Virus record (IMG/VR): IMGVR_UViG_3300045988_182214 | DNA: 64,000 nucleotides | Direction: 5' to 3' (one strand) | DNA from: a virus | Shown: positions 9,831 to 19,304 of the stretch, one piece after another | Position numbering within the stretch: position 1 is the stretch's first letter | How the letters are laid out: every line of letters starts with the position of its first letter | Translations under genes and position numbers: made by a program | The notes under the pieces: model-generated | Databases searched by the model: none | Told to the model about the DNA's origin: nothing | What the model saw: the letters and a program-made list of their open reading frames with translations, nothing else

Positions 9831-10256
9831 ATGTTAGATTTATTTGATATAAAAGAAGAAGACATTGACATATTTGAAAATAATATGTTTGATGAATCAA
9901 TTGGAGAAACAGAGGTCTATATAGATGAAGATGAATCTTACATTTATATGGATAAAAAATTAGTGTTTGGTGAAGGTAAATATGTGCTTTTTATGGGTAG
10001 CGATTGCTATTATACAGATGACGGAATGCCTGAACCAGATTGCAATGTTGTCAGTATTTTTATTAATTCTGATAATATTGACATGAGAAATGATTGCGTA
10101 TATTCAGAATTGCAGTCATCAATTGAAAGCTGTTTACATAACTTCCAGAATATTGTTAAGTCTTACGAAAAAAGAATTAACAAAGAATTTATTCAAAGAG
10201 ATATTGCGGCAGCAAAAAGTTTGACTCATAAGCATACCTATGCACTGTATGCTTGA
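9831..10256 (+). CDS. hypothetical acidic protein
   Basis: SD AAGGAGG 7 nt upstream of ATG 9831 (in frame with ORF-track start 9756). Confidence 0.5.
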   Translation: MLDLFDIKEEDIDIFENNMFDESIGETEVYIDEDESYIYMDKKLVFGEGKYVLFMGSDCYYTDDGMPEPDCNVVSIFINSDNIDMRNDCVYSELQSSIESCLHNFQNIVKSYEKRINKEFIQRDIAAAKSLTHKHTYALYA

Positions 10257-10335
10257 CAATAAATTTTAAACCTCCCTCCTGAATGGCTATGTGAAAACAT
10301 AGCCATTTTTTTATGTAAAAAAAATAAATTAAATA

Positions 10336-10345
10336 TCTGTCATAT
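10336..10345 (+). promoter_or_regulatory. promoter-like motif TCTGTCATAT
   Basis: Followed by dispersed element copy 2 and then ATG 10475. Confidence 0.5.
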
Positions 10346-10383
10346 TATTAATGACTGGCGTAAACAAAATAATTTAAAAGATG

Positions 10384-10441
10384 TTTATCGCAATCAAGCA
10401 AGAAAGCTCCACCCGACTAATGTCGTTTGTGAGTAGTTCAT
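10384..10441 (+). repeat. dispersed structured element, copy 2 (in the 5' UTR of the SPFH gene)
   Basis: TTTATCGCAATCAAGCAAGAAAGCTCCACCCGACTAATGTCGTTTGTGAGTAGTTCAT. Confidence 0.6.
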
Positions 10442-10474
10442 GCTTATTTTTACTAAAAGAAAGGAATAAAATTT

Positions 10475-12049
10475 ATGGGAATTGAAGTAACGATTGGAAT
10501 TGTAGTAGCGGTGGTTGTAGTATTAATTGCATTATTATTTGCAAGTTATATTAAGGCCCCGACAGACAAGGCACTTATTGTATCAGGACTTAGAAAGACA
10601 CCTAAGTATGTAATTGGAAGGTCATCACTTAAGATACCATTTTTACAGAGAGTTGATAAACTTGATTTAAAGATGATTTCTGTTGATGTCAAGACAAAGG
10701 AATCAGTACCAACAAATGAGTATATCAATGTTAATATTGATTCTGCTGTAAAGATTAAGATTGGTTCATCACCTGAAATGCTTGGAAAAGCGGCAAGTAA
10801 CTTCCTTAATAAAAATTCAGATTATATCAGAGAATCAGTTGTAGATGTACTTGAAGGTAATGTCCGTGAAATTATAGGACAGATGAAGCTTGAGGATATT
10901 GTACAGGACAGAAAGTTATTTGCTGAAAAGGTACAGGAGAATGCTGCTCCTGATATGGAAAGAATGGGTCTTGAAATTGTAAGCTTTAATGTTCAGAATG
11001 TTACAGATGAAGGTAATGTTATTGAAAATCTTGGTATTGACAGGGTTGTAAGTATCAGTAAGTCAGCACAGATATCAAGAGCTGAGTCTGAAAGAGATAT
11101 TGCAGTTGCAAAGGCTAATGCTGAAAAGCAGGCAAATGATGCAAGGATTGAAGCTGAGACAGCTATTGCAGAAAGAAATAATGAACTTGAGATAAAGAAG
11201 CAGGAATTAAAGAGAGCAGCAGATGTCAAGAAGGCTGAAGCTGATGCGGCATATGAAATTCAGCAGCAGGAACAGAGAAAGACAATTGAAATTACAACTG
11301 CCAATGCTAATATTGCAAAGCAGGAAAAGGAAATTGAATTAAGAGAAAAGGAAATCACTGTTAAGGAAAAGACACTTGATGCCGATATCCGTAAGCAGGC
11401 TGAAGCTGAAAAGTATGCAGCACAGCAGAAGGCAGATGCAGAACTTTATCAGAGACAGAAGGAAGCAGAAGCAAAGCAGTTTGAAATTCAGAAGCAGGCT
11501 GAAGCTAAGAAATCACAGGCAGAAGCAGACAGATTTGCTAAGGAACAGGAAGCTGAAGCAGTAAAGGCACAGGGCTTTGCAGAAGCAGAGAGTATTAAGG
11601 CAAAAGGTGTTGCTGATGCTGAAAGTATTAAGGCAAGGGGATTAGCTGAAGCTGAAGCTATGGAGAAGAAAGCAGATGCAATGGCTAAGTATGGTAAAGC
11701 TGCCATGACTGAAATGATTATCAAAGTACTTCCAGAGATGGCAGGAGCTATTGCAAAGCCATTAGAAGCCATTGATAAGGTAACTATTATTGACAGTGGT
11801 AATGGTGAAACCGGAGTAGGTTCATTCAGCAGTAATGTACCATCAGTACTTGCAAAGACAATTGAATCCGTTAAGGAAACAACTGGCTTTGATTTAACAG
11901 AAGTAATGAAGGCTAATACATATGATGCCAAGACAACAAAGAATGTGAACTTTACAGGCATTCCAGAAGATGCTGACCCGGAGATTAAGGTAACTGTAAA
12001 GAATGTTCCTGAAAAAGTGTCTAAGTCAGAAAAGAATTCTACTAAGTAA
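10475..12049 (+). CDS. SPFH/band-7 (flotillin-like) membrane protein
   Basis: N-terminal TM helix, SPFH domain, long Ala/Glu/Lys-rich coiled coil (AEAEKYAAQQKADAE...) typical of flotillin/YqiK; G+C looks locally higher. Confidence 0.8.
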   Translation: MGIEVTIGIVVAVVVVLIALLFASYIKAPTDKALIVSGLRKTPKYVIGRSSLKIPFLQRVDKLDLKMISVDVKTKESVPTNEYINVNIDSAVKIKIGSSPEMLGKAASNFLNKNSDYIRESVVDVLEGNVREIIGQMKLEDIVQDRKLFAEKVQENAAPDMERMGLEIVSFNVQNVTDEGNVIENLGIDRVVSISKSAQISRAESERDIAVAKANAEKQANDARIEAETAIAERNNELEIKKQELKRAADVKKAEADAAYEIQQQEQRKTIEITTANANIAKQEKEIELREKEITVKEKTLDADIRKQAEAEKYAAQQKADAELYQRQKEAEAKQFEIQKQAEAKKSQAEADRFAKEQEAEAVKAQGFAEAESIKAKGVADAESIKARGLAEAEAMEKKADAMAKYGKAAMTEMIIKVLPEMAGAIAKPLEAIDKVTIIDSGNGETGVGSFSSNVPSVLAKTIESVKETTGFDLTEVMKANTYDAKTTKNVNFTGIPEDADPEIKVTVKNVPEKVSKSEKNSTK

Positions 12050-12065
12050 AAATATATAATTTTAA

Positions 12066-12100
12066 GGACAGGTCGAAGTATAATCAGCCTGTCCTTTTTA
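12066..12100 (+). terminator. rho-independent terminator
   Basis: GGACAGG ... CCTGTCC followed by TTTTTA. Confidence 0.65.
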
Positions 12101-12228
12101 TAATAAAGGCCTTGGAAATAAAGCAATATTGCATAAAGAAATTAATTTAAAGCTAAGTTAATTAAATAAGAAGCGCTGTGGATATTGATATTAAATTTCA
12201 AGATGGAATTATTGTTACTTTTGAATAT

Positions 12229-12242
12229 TTTTTCTGTCATAT
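12229..12242 (+). promoter_or_regulatory. promoter-like motif TTTTCTGTCATAT
   Basis: 33 nt upstream of ATG 12275. Confidence 0.55.
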
Positions 12243-12274
12243 TTTCTTTATCAAAATAATAAAGGAGATATTTT

Positions 12275-15196
12275 ATGAAAGTATTAAAATCAGAAGAGTT
12301 AAGAGGCAAATATCATTGTCGTCTTATGAAGAACTTAAAAAAGGAAATTGAAGTTACTACAAAGAAAAATGACAATTATGATAATGCTATTATCATTAAG
12401 CAGATTATTATGGGTTATTTAAAAGGTGAGTTTCAGATTAATGAATTTCATGATTTAGTGTCTGAAGGTGTTGAAGAGAATAATTTACCTGCGGAAACTA
12501 ATGAAGGAAGAATTAAGCGTCTTACAGAAATTCTCACAAGATATGCATATTGTGAAAAAAGAAAACTTGAAGTTGAAGTTGATGCTAAGGATATTCCTGT
12601 AAGCCAGGATTATGCAATTCATATTAGACCTGATGCTGTTTCTGTTAATAAAAATGAAATTGAAGCAATCAAGTTTTTTGCTTCAAAGCCCGTGGTAACT
12701 GTCTCAGGCAAGAAACAGGATTTATCTGTTTTAAAGTGTCCGGAAATATATGCATTATATTTATATGCAAAATCATTACTTAAACCAGGTGAAAAAAAGA
12801 TTATTAAAGGATCTTATTATTACTTAAGAAAAAGCACAGATACTTCTAAAAGTATGACTGATGCTGATTTCTTTTCAGGCTATGGCGGTAATGTTGTTTC
12901 ATTTGAAAAAGAAGTTGAATGGGGTAAAGATAGCCTTTGTGGAGAAGAATTAGATTATATTAAGCAGATCAATTTATCTGAGCAGGGGCATATTCAGTGT
13001 ACAGAAGATGATTGTAAAACATGTTCTTATAATATGCTTTGCCATTATACAAAAACTCCTGCACATTTCGAAAAGAAAACGCTTAAGAAGAGAGACAAAA
13101 TTATTTTATCAGACGAACAGCAGCAGATAGTTGACTTTAGAAAAGGAATTGCAAGGGTAATTGCTACAGCCGGTGCAGGTAAAACAGAATGTGTTACTGA
13201 AAGAGGAGCACAAATGTTTGTTGAAGGTGTCAAGCCGGAAGAAATGTTATTTATAACATTTACAGACGCAGGTGCAGCAGAAATGAAAACAAGGATTGCA
13301 AGTAAGTGTTTAACTTATGGACTTTCTGTAAGTCCTGACGATATTCAGGCAATGACTTTTAACAGTTTTGCTTATAATATTGTTAAATTTGAGTATAAGG
13401 AATTGGGATTTACTAATCCTCCTGTTGTAATTGATGATGTAAGAAATCGTAAGATTATTACTCAATTATTAACTGATAATCATATTAACGGAATCGATTA
13501 CTTGAACTTTATGACAGATACACCTAACTTAAGAGGTGCATTAGCTTGTGCTGAAAAATGCTTTGAGTTGATTAAAACTGAACATGTTGATATTACACTT
13601 CCAGATGCAAATAATCAGCTTACAGAACTTTTAAGAGATAAGGGCTATTCAAGATTTATGGGCACTGGTATTGCTGTTACACAGTTAATGGATTTATATT
13701 CTGAATACCAGAAACAGCTACTTGAAGATTCACTTATTACATTTGCTGATCAGGAACCAATGATGTTTAACATTATCAATGCGCATCCGGGTTATTTAGA
13801 AAGATTAGGTTTTAAGCATATTATAGTAGATGAATTTCAGGATTCTAATGATATTCAGATGGATACAATAAAGGAGCTATGTAATTGTAAATGTTTTGAG
13901 TCTTTAATGGTTGTAGGTGATGATTCTCAGAGTATTTATGGGTTCAGACATACATCTCCGGAAAACATGATTCATTTCTTCGATAAGTTAGGCATAAAAG
14001 GTATAGATATTAATCTATCAGTTAATAGAAGAAGTACTCCTGAAATACTTAAGGTCGCAACTGATATAGAAGCACTTAATAAGGAAAGACTTATTAAAGC
14101 TATGAATCCATGTAAGGATCATGGTGCACCTGTAACAGTAAAAGGCTTTTATAGCAAAGATGAAGAAATTGAGTATATTGTAGATACAATTAAAGAGATG
14201 TTGGATTTAAACGAACATATTCCAGAAGACATTGCAGTGCTTACATATACAAAGGCTGAACTTGTTTCTATTGGGGCCGCATTATCAAAAGCAAATATTC
14301 CTTGGGTTATGATGAATCCAATGCCATTAGCTGAAAATGGAAAGGTTAAAGCTGCATTATCTTTAGCAGATGCATTTTATCAGCCTGAAGCAGATAAGCT
14401 TTATTTAGATTATCTGGCTGCGAAATATAATGGAGAAATATTAAATCTTTTATCATTTAATGATATTAATGAGGAAATTTCTAAATTAAAGCAGCAGTTT
14501 ATGAATATGGATATGATAGCAATTCCGTCTCAGAGACAAATCTTCCATAATATGCTTGATGCACTTAAGGGAGATGAAGGAGATGAAATCTATGAATATT
14601 TCTTAGATTTAGTATATGCAAATGAGGATTTACAGTCTGAATTGGAATATATTCAGGATTTCAAAGTATTTGGAACTAATTGCTGTAAGAAAATGGAACA
14701 GACTTACGAAGGTGTTGTACTTACAACAGCTCACTCATCAAAAGGACTTGAATGGCCTGTTATATTTAACAGTGTTACAAAGTATGATAGCAAGCATTTG
14801 CATAGCATCCGTAATAAAGTTAATCATGAAAAAGAAATTGAGGAAATGAGAAGATTATTATTTGTTTCCTTAACCAGAGCAAAGGATGAATTATTTATAA
14901 CAGGTCAATATGTTTGTTATTCAGATAAGGAACATGGAGAAATATATAACACATTCCTTAAGGAAGTGTTTGATGTAACTAATACTAATTATGTTCCTAT
15001 TGATCCAAACAAGGCATTAAAGGAAGCTGCTAAGTTAAGAGAACAGGATGCTAAGATTAAAAAGGTAAGAGCTAATTCTCATGCATCTTCTCCTGCCAAA
15101 GCTAAGAAGAATTCATCAGCACTTGCAAAAATTGATACAAAAAAAATTGCTGCTGCATATAGTACTAAGCCTAAAAATAAGAAGTCTGTATCTTAA
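12275..15196 (+). CDS. Cas4/AddB-like Fe-S PD-(D/E)XK nuclease domain fused to a UvrD/PcrA-type SF1 helicase
   Basis: N-terminal domain has a 4-Cys cluster (CGEEL...CTEDDCKTC...C). Helicase motifs: I GAGKTE, II IIVDEFQDSN, III VVGDDSQSIYGFR, VI TAHSSKGLEWPVIF. Confidence 0.8.
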   Translation: MKVLKSEELRGKYHCRLMKNLKKEIEVTTKKNDNYDNAIIIKQIIMGYLKGEFQINEFHDLVSEGVEENNLPAETNEGRIKRLTEILTRYAYCEKRKLEVEVDAKDIPVSQDYAIHIRPDAVSVNKNEIEAIKFFASKPVVTVSGKKQDLSVLKCPEIYALYLYAKSLLKPGEKKIIKGSYYYLRKSTDTSKSMTDADFFSGYGGNVVSFEKEVEWGKDSLCGEELDYIKQINLSEQGHIQCTEDDCKTCSYNMLCHYTKTPAHFEKKTLKKRDKIILSDEQQQIVDFRKGIARVIATAGAGKTECVTERGAQMFVEGVKPEEMLFITFTDAGAAEMKTRIASKCLTYGLSVSPDDIQAMTFNSFAYNIVKFEYKELGFTNPPVVIDDVRNRKIITQLLTDNHINGIDYLNFMTDTPNLRGALACAEKCFELIKTEHVDITLPDANNQLTELLRDKGYSRFMGTGIAVTQLMDLYSEYQKQLLEDSLITFADQEPMMFNIINAHPGYLERLGFKHIIVDEFQDSNDIQMDTIKELCNCKCFESLMVVGDDSQSIYGFRHTSPENMIHFFDKLGIKGIDINLSVNRRSTPEILKVATDIEALNKERLIKAMNPCKDHGAPVTVKGFYSKDEEIEYIVDTIKEMLDLNEHIPEDIAVLTYTKAELVSIGAALSKANIPWVMMNPMPLAENGKVKAALSLADAFYQPEADKLYLDYLAAKYNGEILNLLSFNDINEEISKLKQQFMNMDMIAIPSQRQIFHNMLDALKGDEGDEIYEYFLDLVYANEDLQSELEYIQDFKVFGTNCCKKMEQTYEGVVLTTAHSSKGLEWPVIFNSVTKYDSKHLHSIRNKVNHEKEIEEMRRLLFVSLTRAKDELFITGQYVCYSDKEHGEIYNTFLKEVFDVTNTNYVPIDPNKALKEAAKLREQDAKIKKVRANSHASSPAKAKKNSSALAKIDTKKIAAAYSTKPKNKKSVS

Positions 15197-15230
15197 TCAA
15201 TATTTAATACAATTGAATATAATAAAAAAT

Positions 15231-15257
15231 AGCAGGTTAATTCCTGCTATTTTTTTT
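15231..15257 (+). terminator. rho-independent terminator
   Basis: AGCAGG TTAATT CCTGCT followed by T8. Confidence 0.7.
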
Positions 15258-15264
15258 GTTTCAC

Positions 15265-15274
15265 TCCGTCATAT
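15265..15274 (+). promoter_or_regulatory. promoter-like motif variant TCCGTCATAT
   Basis: 39 nt upstream of ATG 15313. Confidence 0.45.
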
Positions 15275-15312
15275 TAATATATATAAACTTTTTTTAGGAA
15301 GGAATTATAATA

Positions 15313-15600
15313 ATGGACTTGAATCAAAAATTTAATATTGCAATACAATTAAACAAAGCTTTTAATACAAGAAATGAAGAAAAGAATATTGCGGTAATAA
15401 AATATAGTGAATCAACACAAACTTATTATTCGGATGAAAATTTAGCTAAAGAGCATGTAAAACAAATAACACAAAAAGATATTAATACAGCAAAAACAAA
15501 AGCTTCATTAGAAGATTGTATGCAGCAGATAAAAGACCATTTGGAAATTGAAAAATCATATCAAAATAAAAATAAGGCAAAATGGAGGTCAACAAAATAA
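15313..15600 (+). CDS. hypothetical protein
   Basis: SD AGGAAGG upstream; its stop overlaps the next start (TAATG). Confidence 0.45.
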   Translation: MDLNQKFNIAIQLNKAFNTRNEEKNIAVIKYSESTQTYYSDENLAKEHVKQITQKDINTAKTKASLEDCMQQIKDHLEIEKSYQNKNKAKWRSTK

Positions 15601-16466
15601 TGATTAAACAAATTACAAAGATTATTGGAATAGTATTTGCTTTTCTTATTACTCAAATTGTATGTACATTGGGTGTATTTATTTTTAAATTGTTTTCTGA
15701 TTCACAATGGTATGATAATTTATATGCATATATAGAAACAGGTAATTTACTTTCATATAGTTATCTTAGTATGCTTAGTGAATTAATTATGCCTGCATTA
15801 TTTGTTTCCGATATTATAATACTTGGGTTTGTTATGCTTAAAGAATATAAAGTTAATAAATCAATCATATTTATTTCAAAATTATCATTAAAAGATGTCA
15901 AGACATTTATTTTAACAGGCATTATTATGAATTTTTTAGCTTCTGTGGTAATAGATTCCTTACCTAATAATTTGGTTTCTAATTCATATAATTCTTTGAT
16001 GAATGTTGCTGTAACCGGAAATTGGCTTCAAATACTCTTAATAACAGGTGTTATTACGCCAGTTGTTGAAGAATTAATATTTAGATACGGTATTACAAAA
16101 ATAATAAAGCAAAACAAATTCTTTAAGAAAGCAGATGTAAGCTCAATTTATATATCAGCTTTCGTTTTTGGATTAGTACATTTTAATATTATTCAAAGCA
16201 CTTATGCATTTATTTTCGGTATTATATTAGCCTATGTATATATAAAAACAGATAATTTATTGTCCTCTATTTTAATTCATATTGGAGTTAATGCAAGTAG
16301 TGTATTGTACTCTTTTATGCCTGTTATGTTACAAAATATTTGTCTAATCGTAATGAGTATTATATTTTTCATAATTGTTATCAGAAATATTTTAGTAATA
16401 AGAAATAACAGTTCACATTCTAATGTAAATAATTTTCTGTCATATCTTCTTTATCAAACAAAATAA
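15600..16466 (+). CDS. CPBP-family (CAAX protease / Abi) intramembrane metalloprotease
   Basis: Multi-TM; motifs EELIFRYG, FGLVHFN, HIGVN; GGAGG 11 nt upstream of ATG 15600. Confidence 0.65.
   Translation: MIKQITKIIGIVFAFLITQIVCTLGVFIFKLFSDSQWYDNLYAYIETGNLLSYSYLSMLSELIMPALFVSDIIILGFVMLKEYKVNKSIIFISKLSLKDVKTFILTGIIMNFLASVVIDSLPNNLVSNSYNSLMNVAVTGNWLQILLITGVITPVVEELIFRYGITKIIKQNKFFKKADVSSIYISAFVFGLVHFNIIQSTYAFIFGIILAYVYIKTDNLLSSILIHIGVNASSVLYSFMPVMLQNICLIVMSIIFFIIVIRNILVIRNNSSHSNVNNFLSYLLYQTK
16432..16445 (+). promoter_or_regulatory. promoter-like motif TTTTCTGTCATAT
   Basis: 35 nt upstream of ATG 16480. Confidence 0.55.
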
Positions 16467-16479
16467 AGGAGAATATAAT

Positions 16480-17376
16480 ATGAGTGTTTTATCAAATCTA
16501 TTAGCGGCTTTTAAACCAGGAAAGCAGTTTACACTAAAAGAAGCATATGCTGTTAATCCCTCATATCCAAAAGAGTCAGTTAGAGCAAGAATTTATGAAA
16601 ATTTAGGTAAAGAATTTAAGAAACTATCAAAAGGACTATATGTAACAGATGATGTAGTTCTTATTGAAGGCGATGGAAGAGATTTATCTGTTTTTGAAAA
16701 TGAATCTATGGATTGCATAATTACTGATCATCCATGGGATGATAAGAAATCTAATAATGGTGGTACAAGACATTTAGCTCAGTATGATTGTTTTAAATAT
16801 ACCTTATCAGATTTTATGGAAAAAGCTAGGGTATTAAAGGAAGGTAGTTTCTTAGTAGAAATTTTACCTGCAGAAAATGAGAATAATTTTGATTATTTGT
16901 ATGAGATTAAGAAGATGGCAGAACAGGCAGGATTTAAGTATTATGCAAAAGTTGCATGGAAAAAAGGTACATTTGTAAGTAATACAGGCAGAAAAGCTAA
17001 AAATACAGAAGACATAATGATTTTTAGTAAAGGTAAGCCAAGAGCATTAAGACCAGATAAGCAAAGAGGTGTTATAAATGGAGTACCTACCAGATTTATG
17101 AGTGGAGCTAATGGAATGCTGCCTACTGAATTTAATGTGCAGGCCATTCCTAATAAATTAAAGAATGTCCAGACAGAAAAACCAGTTGCTTTATTTGAAC
17201 AGTTGTTAGAATATTTTACTTTACCTGGTGAATTAGTTTTAGATCAATTTGCGGGTAGTGGCGTTACAGGAGAAGCATGTCTTAATAAAAAAAGGAAATG
17301 TATTTTAATTGAAAAGTGTAAGGAGCATGTAGTAAGTATAATAAACCGGTTAAATTTGCAATGTGCAGTAATTTAG
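16480..17376 (+). CDS. DNA methyltransferase (N6-adenine or N4-cytosine, beta-class motif order)
   Basis: Motif IV DHPW (DPPY/W-like) precedes motif I TEKPVALFEQLL...VLDQFAGSGVTG. Confidence 0.8.
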   Translation: MSVLSNLLAAFKPGKQFTLKEAYAVNPSYPKESVRARIYENLGKEFKKLSKGLYVTDDVVLIEGDGRDLSVFENESMDCIITDHPWDDKKSNNGGTRHLAQYDCFKYTLSDFMEKARVLKEGSFLVEILPAENENNFDYLYEIKKMAEQAGFKYYAKVAWKKGTFVSNTGRKAKNTEDIMIFSKGKPRALRPDKQRGVINGVPTRFMSGANGMLPTEFNVQAIPNKLKNVQTEKPVALFEQLLEYFTLPGELVLDQFAGSGVTGEACLNKKRKCILIEKCKEHVVSIINRLNLQCAVI

Positions 17377-17402
17377 TATGGAAAGAAAAAAAGGAGAACA
17401 TC

Positions 17403-17657
17403 ATGGATAAATATATAGTAGGCATAAGAAAAGGAATAGATAGTGTAATATTTTCTTGTATAATTGAAGCTTTTATGTTCATTCCTGATATTGCTTTTGA
17501 TGTTATTAAGCACTTTAATAACATAATCCCAGGAGTTATTTTAATTGTAGTTAACGCTTTATTTATTGCAAAAATAATATCATCTTATATAATAATAGCT
17601 GATAAAAATGATGTCATTAATATTGATAATATTAATGAAAATATGGATGATAAATAG
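17403..17657 (+). CDS. small membrane protein
   Basis: SD AAGGAGAA upstream of ATG 17403; hydrophobic. Confidence 0.45.
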   Translation: MDKYIVGIRKGIDSVIFSCIIEAFMFIPDIAFDVIKHFNNIIPGVILIVVNALFIAKIISSYIIIADKNDVINIDNINENMDDK

Positions 17658-17681
17658 CATTAATTCATAAAAATAATTTTT

Positions 17682-17711
17682 AGTCCCATTTAATTAAATG
17701 GGACTTTTTTT
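17682..17711 (+). terminator. rho-independent terminator
   Basis: AGTCCCATTTAATTAAATGGGACT followed by T7. Confidence 0.75.
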
Positions 17712-17720
17712 CTGTCATAT
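17707..17720 (+). promoter_or_regulatory. promoter-like motif TTTTCTGTCATAT
   Basis: 35 nt upstream of ATG 17755; overlaps the preceding terminator T-run. Confidence 0.55.
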
Positions 17721-17754
17721 ATTTAATAAATTTTAAGATAAAAGGAGTTAATAT

Positions 17755-17904
17755 ATGAAAGAAAATGGTAAATATACAAGAATAAAAAAAGAAATTCAAA
17801 ATTGGGAAATTAAAAGGGACCAGTATTCGGAATCCGGTAATGAATTAGAAGCTGACAGATGCCAGAACCGCATTGATGAATTATATAATTGCTTATGGCA
17901 TTAG
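17755..17904 (+). CDS. small protein (49 aa)
   Basis: Promoter motif plus SD AAAGGAG plus ATG; MKENGKYTRIKKEIQNWEIK...; below the ORF-track length cutoff. Confidence 0.4.
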   Translation: MKENGKYTRIKKEIQNWEIKRDQYSESGNELEADRCQNRIDELYNCLWH

Positions 17905-17930
17905 TTATTAATTATTAGGAGAATTTCAAT

Positions 17931-18494
17931 ATGGATAAAAAGACAATAATTGCAGTTATAGGGAAAACATCAAGTAGCAAAGATACAGTCGCAAAGGTAT
18001 TAAATGAAAAGTATGGAATTCCTTCAGTTGTTTCAATGACAACAAGGCCCAAAAGAGAATATGAGACAAATGGTGTGGAACATGTATTTATTTCAAAGGA
18101 AGAAATGAGCAATGTTTTAAAAGAAAAAACAATCATAGCTTATACAAAAAATAATAAAACTGGAATAGAATATTGTGCTGCATTAGAAGCTTTACCTTCA
18201 AATATATGCGTATACATTATAAATCCCGATGGCGTTAAATGGTTAAAAGAGCATAATAAACGTAATTTATTTAATTTGATTTGTGTATATGTTGATTTGG
18301 CTGAAAATAAAATAATTAAAAGAGGGCTTCTGAGAGGAGATAATCCTGATACTTTGCGAATACGCTTAGAGAGTGAAAGAGAGGAATTTGATACATATAA
18401 AAATTCAAAAGAATATGATTTTTTAATAACTAACGATAAAGATTTGCAATATTTGTATCATCAGGTTGATTTATTTTATTCGAAATATTTTTAA
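17931..18494 (+). CDS. guanylate kinase-like nucleoside monophosphate kinase
   Basis: P-loop-like IIAVIGKTSSSKDT; SMTTRPKREYETNGVEHVFIS resembles the GMP-kinase TTRxxRxGExxGxDYxFV motif. Confidence 0.5.
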   Translation: MDKKTIIAVIGKTSSSKDTVAKVLNEKYGIPSVVSMTTRPKREYETNGVEHVFISKEEMSNVLKEKTIIAYTKNNKTGIEYCAALEALPSNICVYIINPDGVKWLKEHNKRNLFNLICVYVDLAENKIIKRGLLRGDNPDTLRIRLESEREEFDTYKNSKEYDFLITNDKDLQYLYHQVDLFYSKYF

Positions 18495-18558
18495 ATGATT
18501 TTAGAAAAGAGGTGGCAAAAACCATCTCTTTTTTTATGTAAAAAAATGAGTAATTAAA

Positions 18559-18568
18559 TCTGTCATAT
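18559..18568 (+). promoter_or_regulatory. promoter-like motif TCTGTCATAT
   Basis: 47 nt upstream of ATG 18615. Confidence 0.45.
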
Positions 18569-18614
18569 ATTAAATGTCTTTAAAAAATATTTTAATTAAG
18601 AAAGGATTTAACAA

Positions 18615-18728
18615 ATGGGAATTACAGCAAAGCCTTTTGGCAAGAAGAAATCAATTTTTGTAAAGATGGAGAATAGTCTTTTAAAGGAAAAGGAAGAAAA
18701 CAAGAAGAAAAATAATAAGGCAGAATAA
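18615..18728 (+). CDS. small Lys-rich peptide (37 aa)
   Basis: Motif plus SD AAAGGA plus ATG; MGITAKPFGKKKSIFVKMENSLLKEKEENKKKNNKAE. Confidence 0.3.
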   Translation: MGITAKPFGKKKSIFVKMENSLLKEKEENKKKNNKAE

Positions 18729-18875
18729 TTTATTATTCAGCTTTAACATTTTCCTTTATTGTTTTTCAATAAAAGTAAATAGTGAAACTCAACCTAAGCA
18801 TTTTGCTTACCTGTAAAAGGCAGGATTTTAATAATAAAGATTAGAGAAGAAGAAATAAAATGGGAGGAACAGATT

Positions 18876-19043
18876 ATGTTAGATTTTTTGCATGATTGTG
18901 GCATTTATGTTGTGATGATAGCTATTATTTGGATCAGTGCAATAATGTTTGTGGTAGGCTATGGCATTAGAAATACAGCTAAGAATACGAATGTTGAAAC
19001 ACAGCAGACAGAAGCTGCAGTAGAGAACTATGCAAATGAATAG
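18876..19043 (+). CDS. small membrane protein (55 aa)
   Basis: SD GGGAGGAA 7 nt upstream; one TM helix. Confidence 0.4.
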   Translation: MLDFLHDCGIYVVMIAIIWISAIMFVVGYGIRNTAKNTNVETQQTEAAVENYANE

Positions 19044-19304
19044 CAATTAATGTGTGATGTGTTTTGAGTAGTGTTGATCGATAATAAAGTTATGACTATA
19101 GCTGGTATTTTGAGCAATAAAATGAGGTGAATAAGACGCTCATCGATGGAATACATGCCATTGCCAGTGAAATATCTGAAGATGGGATTTCAGTCGATGT
19201 TTATTTGTATATGATGATATTGAAGTATTAAAAATGCTATTTTAAAACTCTAAGTTAATTTTTAAATTATAGTTTTAGAGTATATTTAAATGTAAGGAGT
19301 TTTT

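Noticed and set aside
10546-12126. Minus-strand ORFs of 60-212 aa inside the SPFH gene (10546..10728, 10993..11229, 11488..12126) and similar antisense ORFs, for example 22750..23382, 53228..53710 and 55296..55692
   Set aside because: They are entirely antisense to strongly supported + strand genes and have low-complexity Ser/Leu/Ala-rich translations. There is no SD or promoter motif, and every supported gene is on the + strand.
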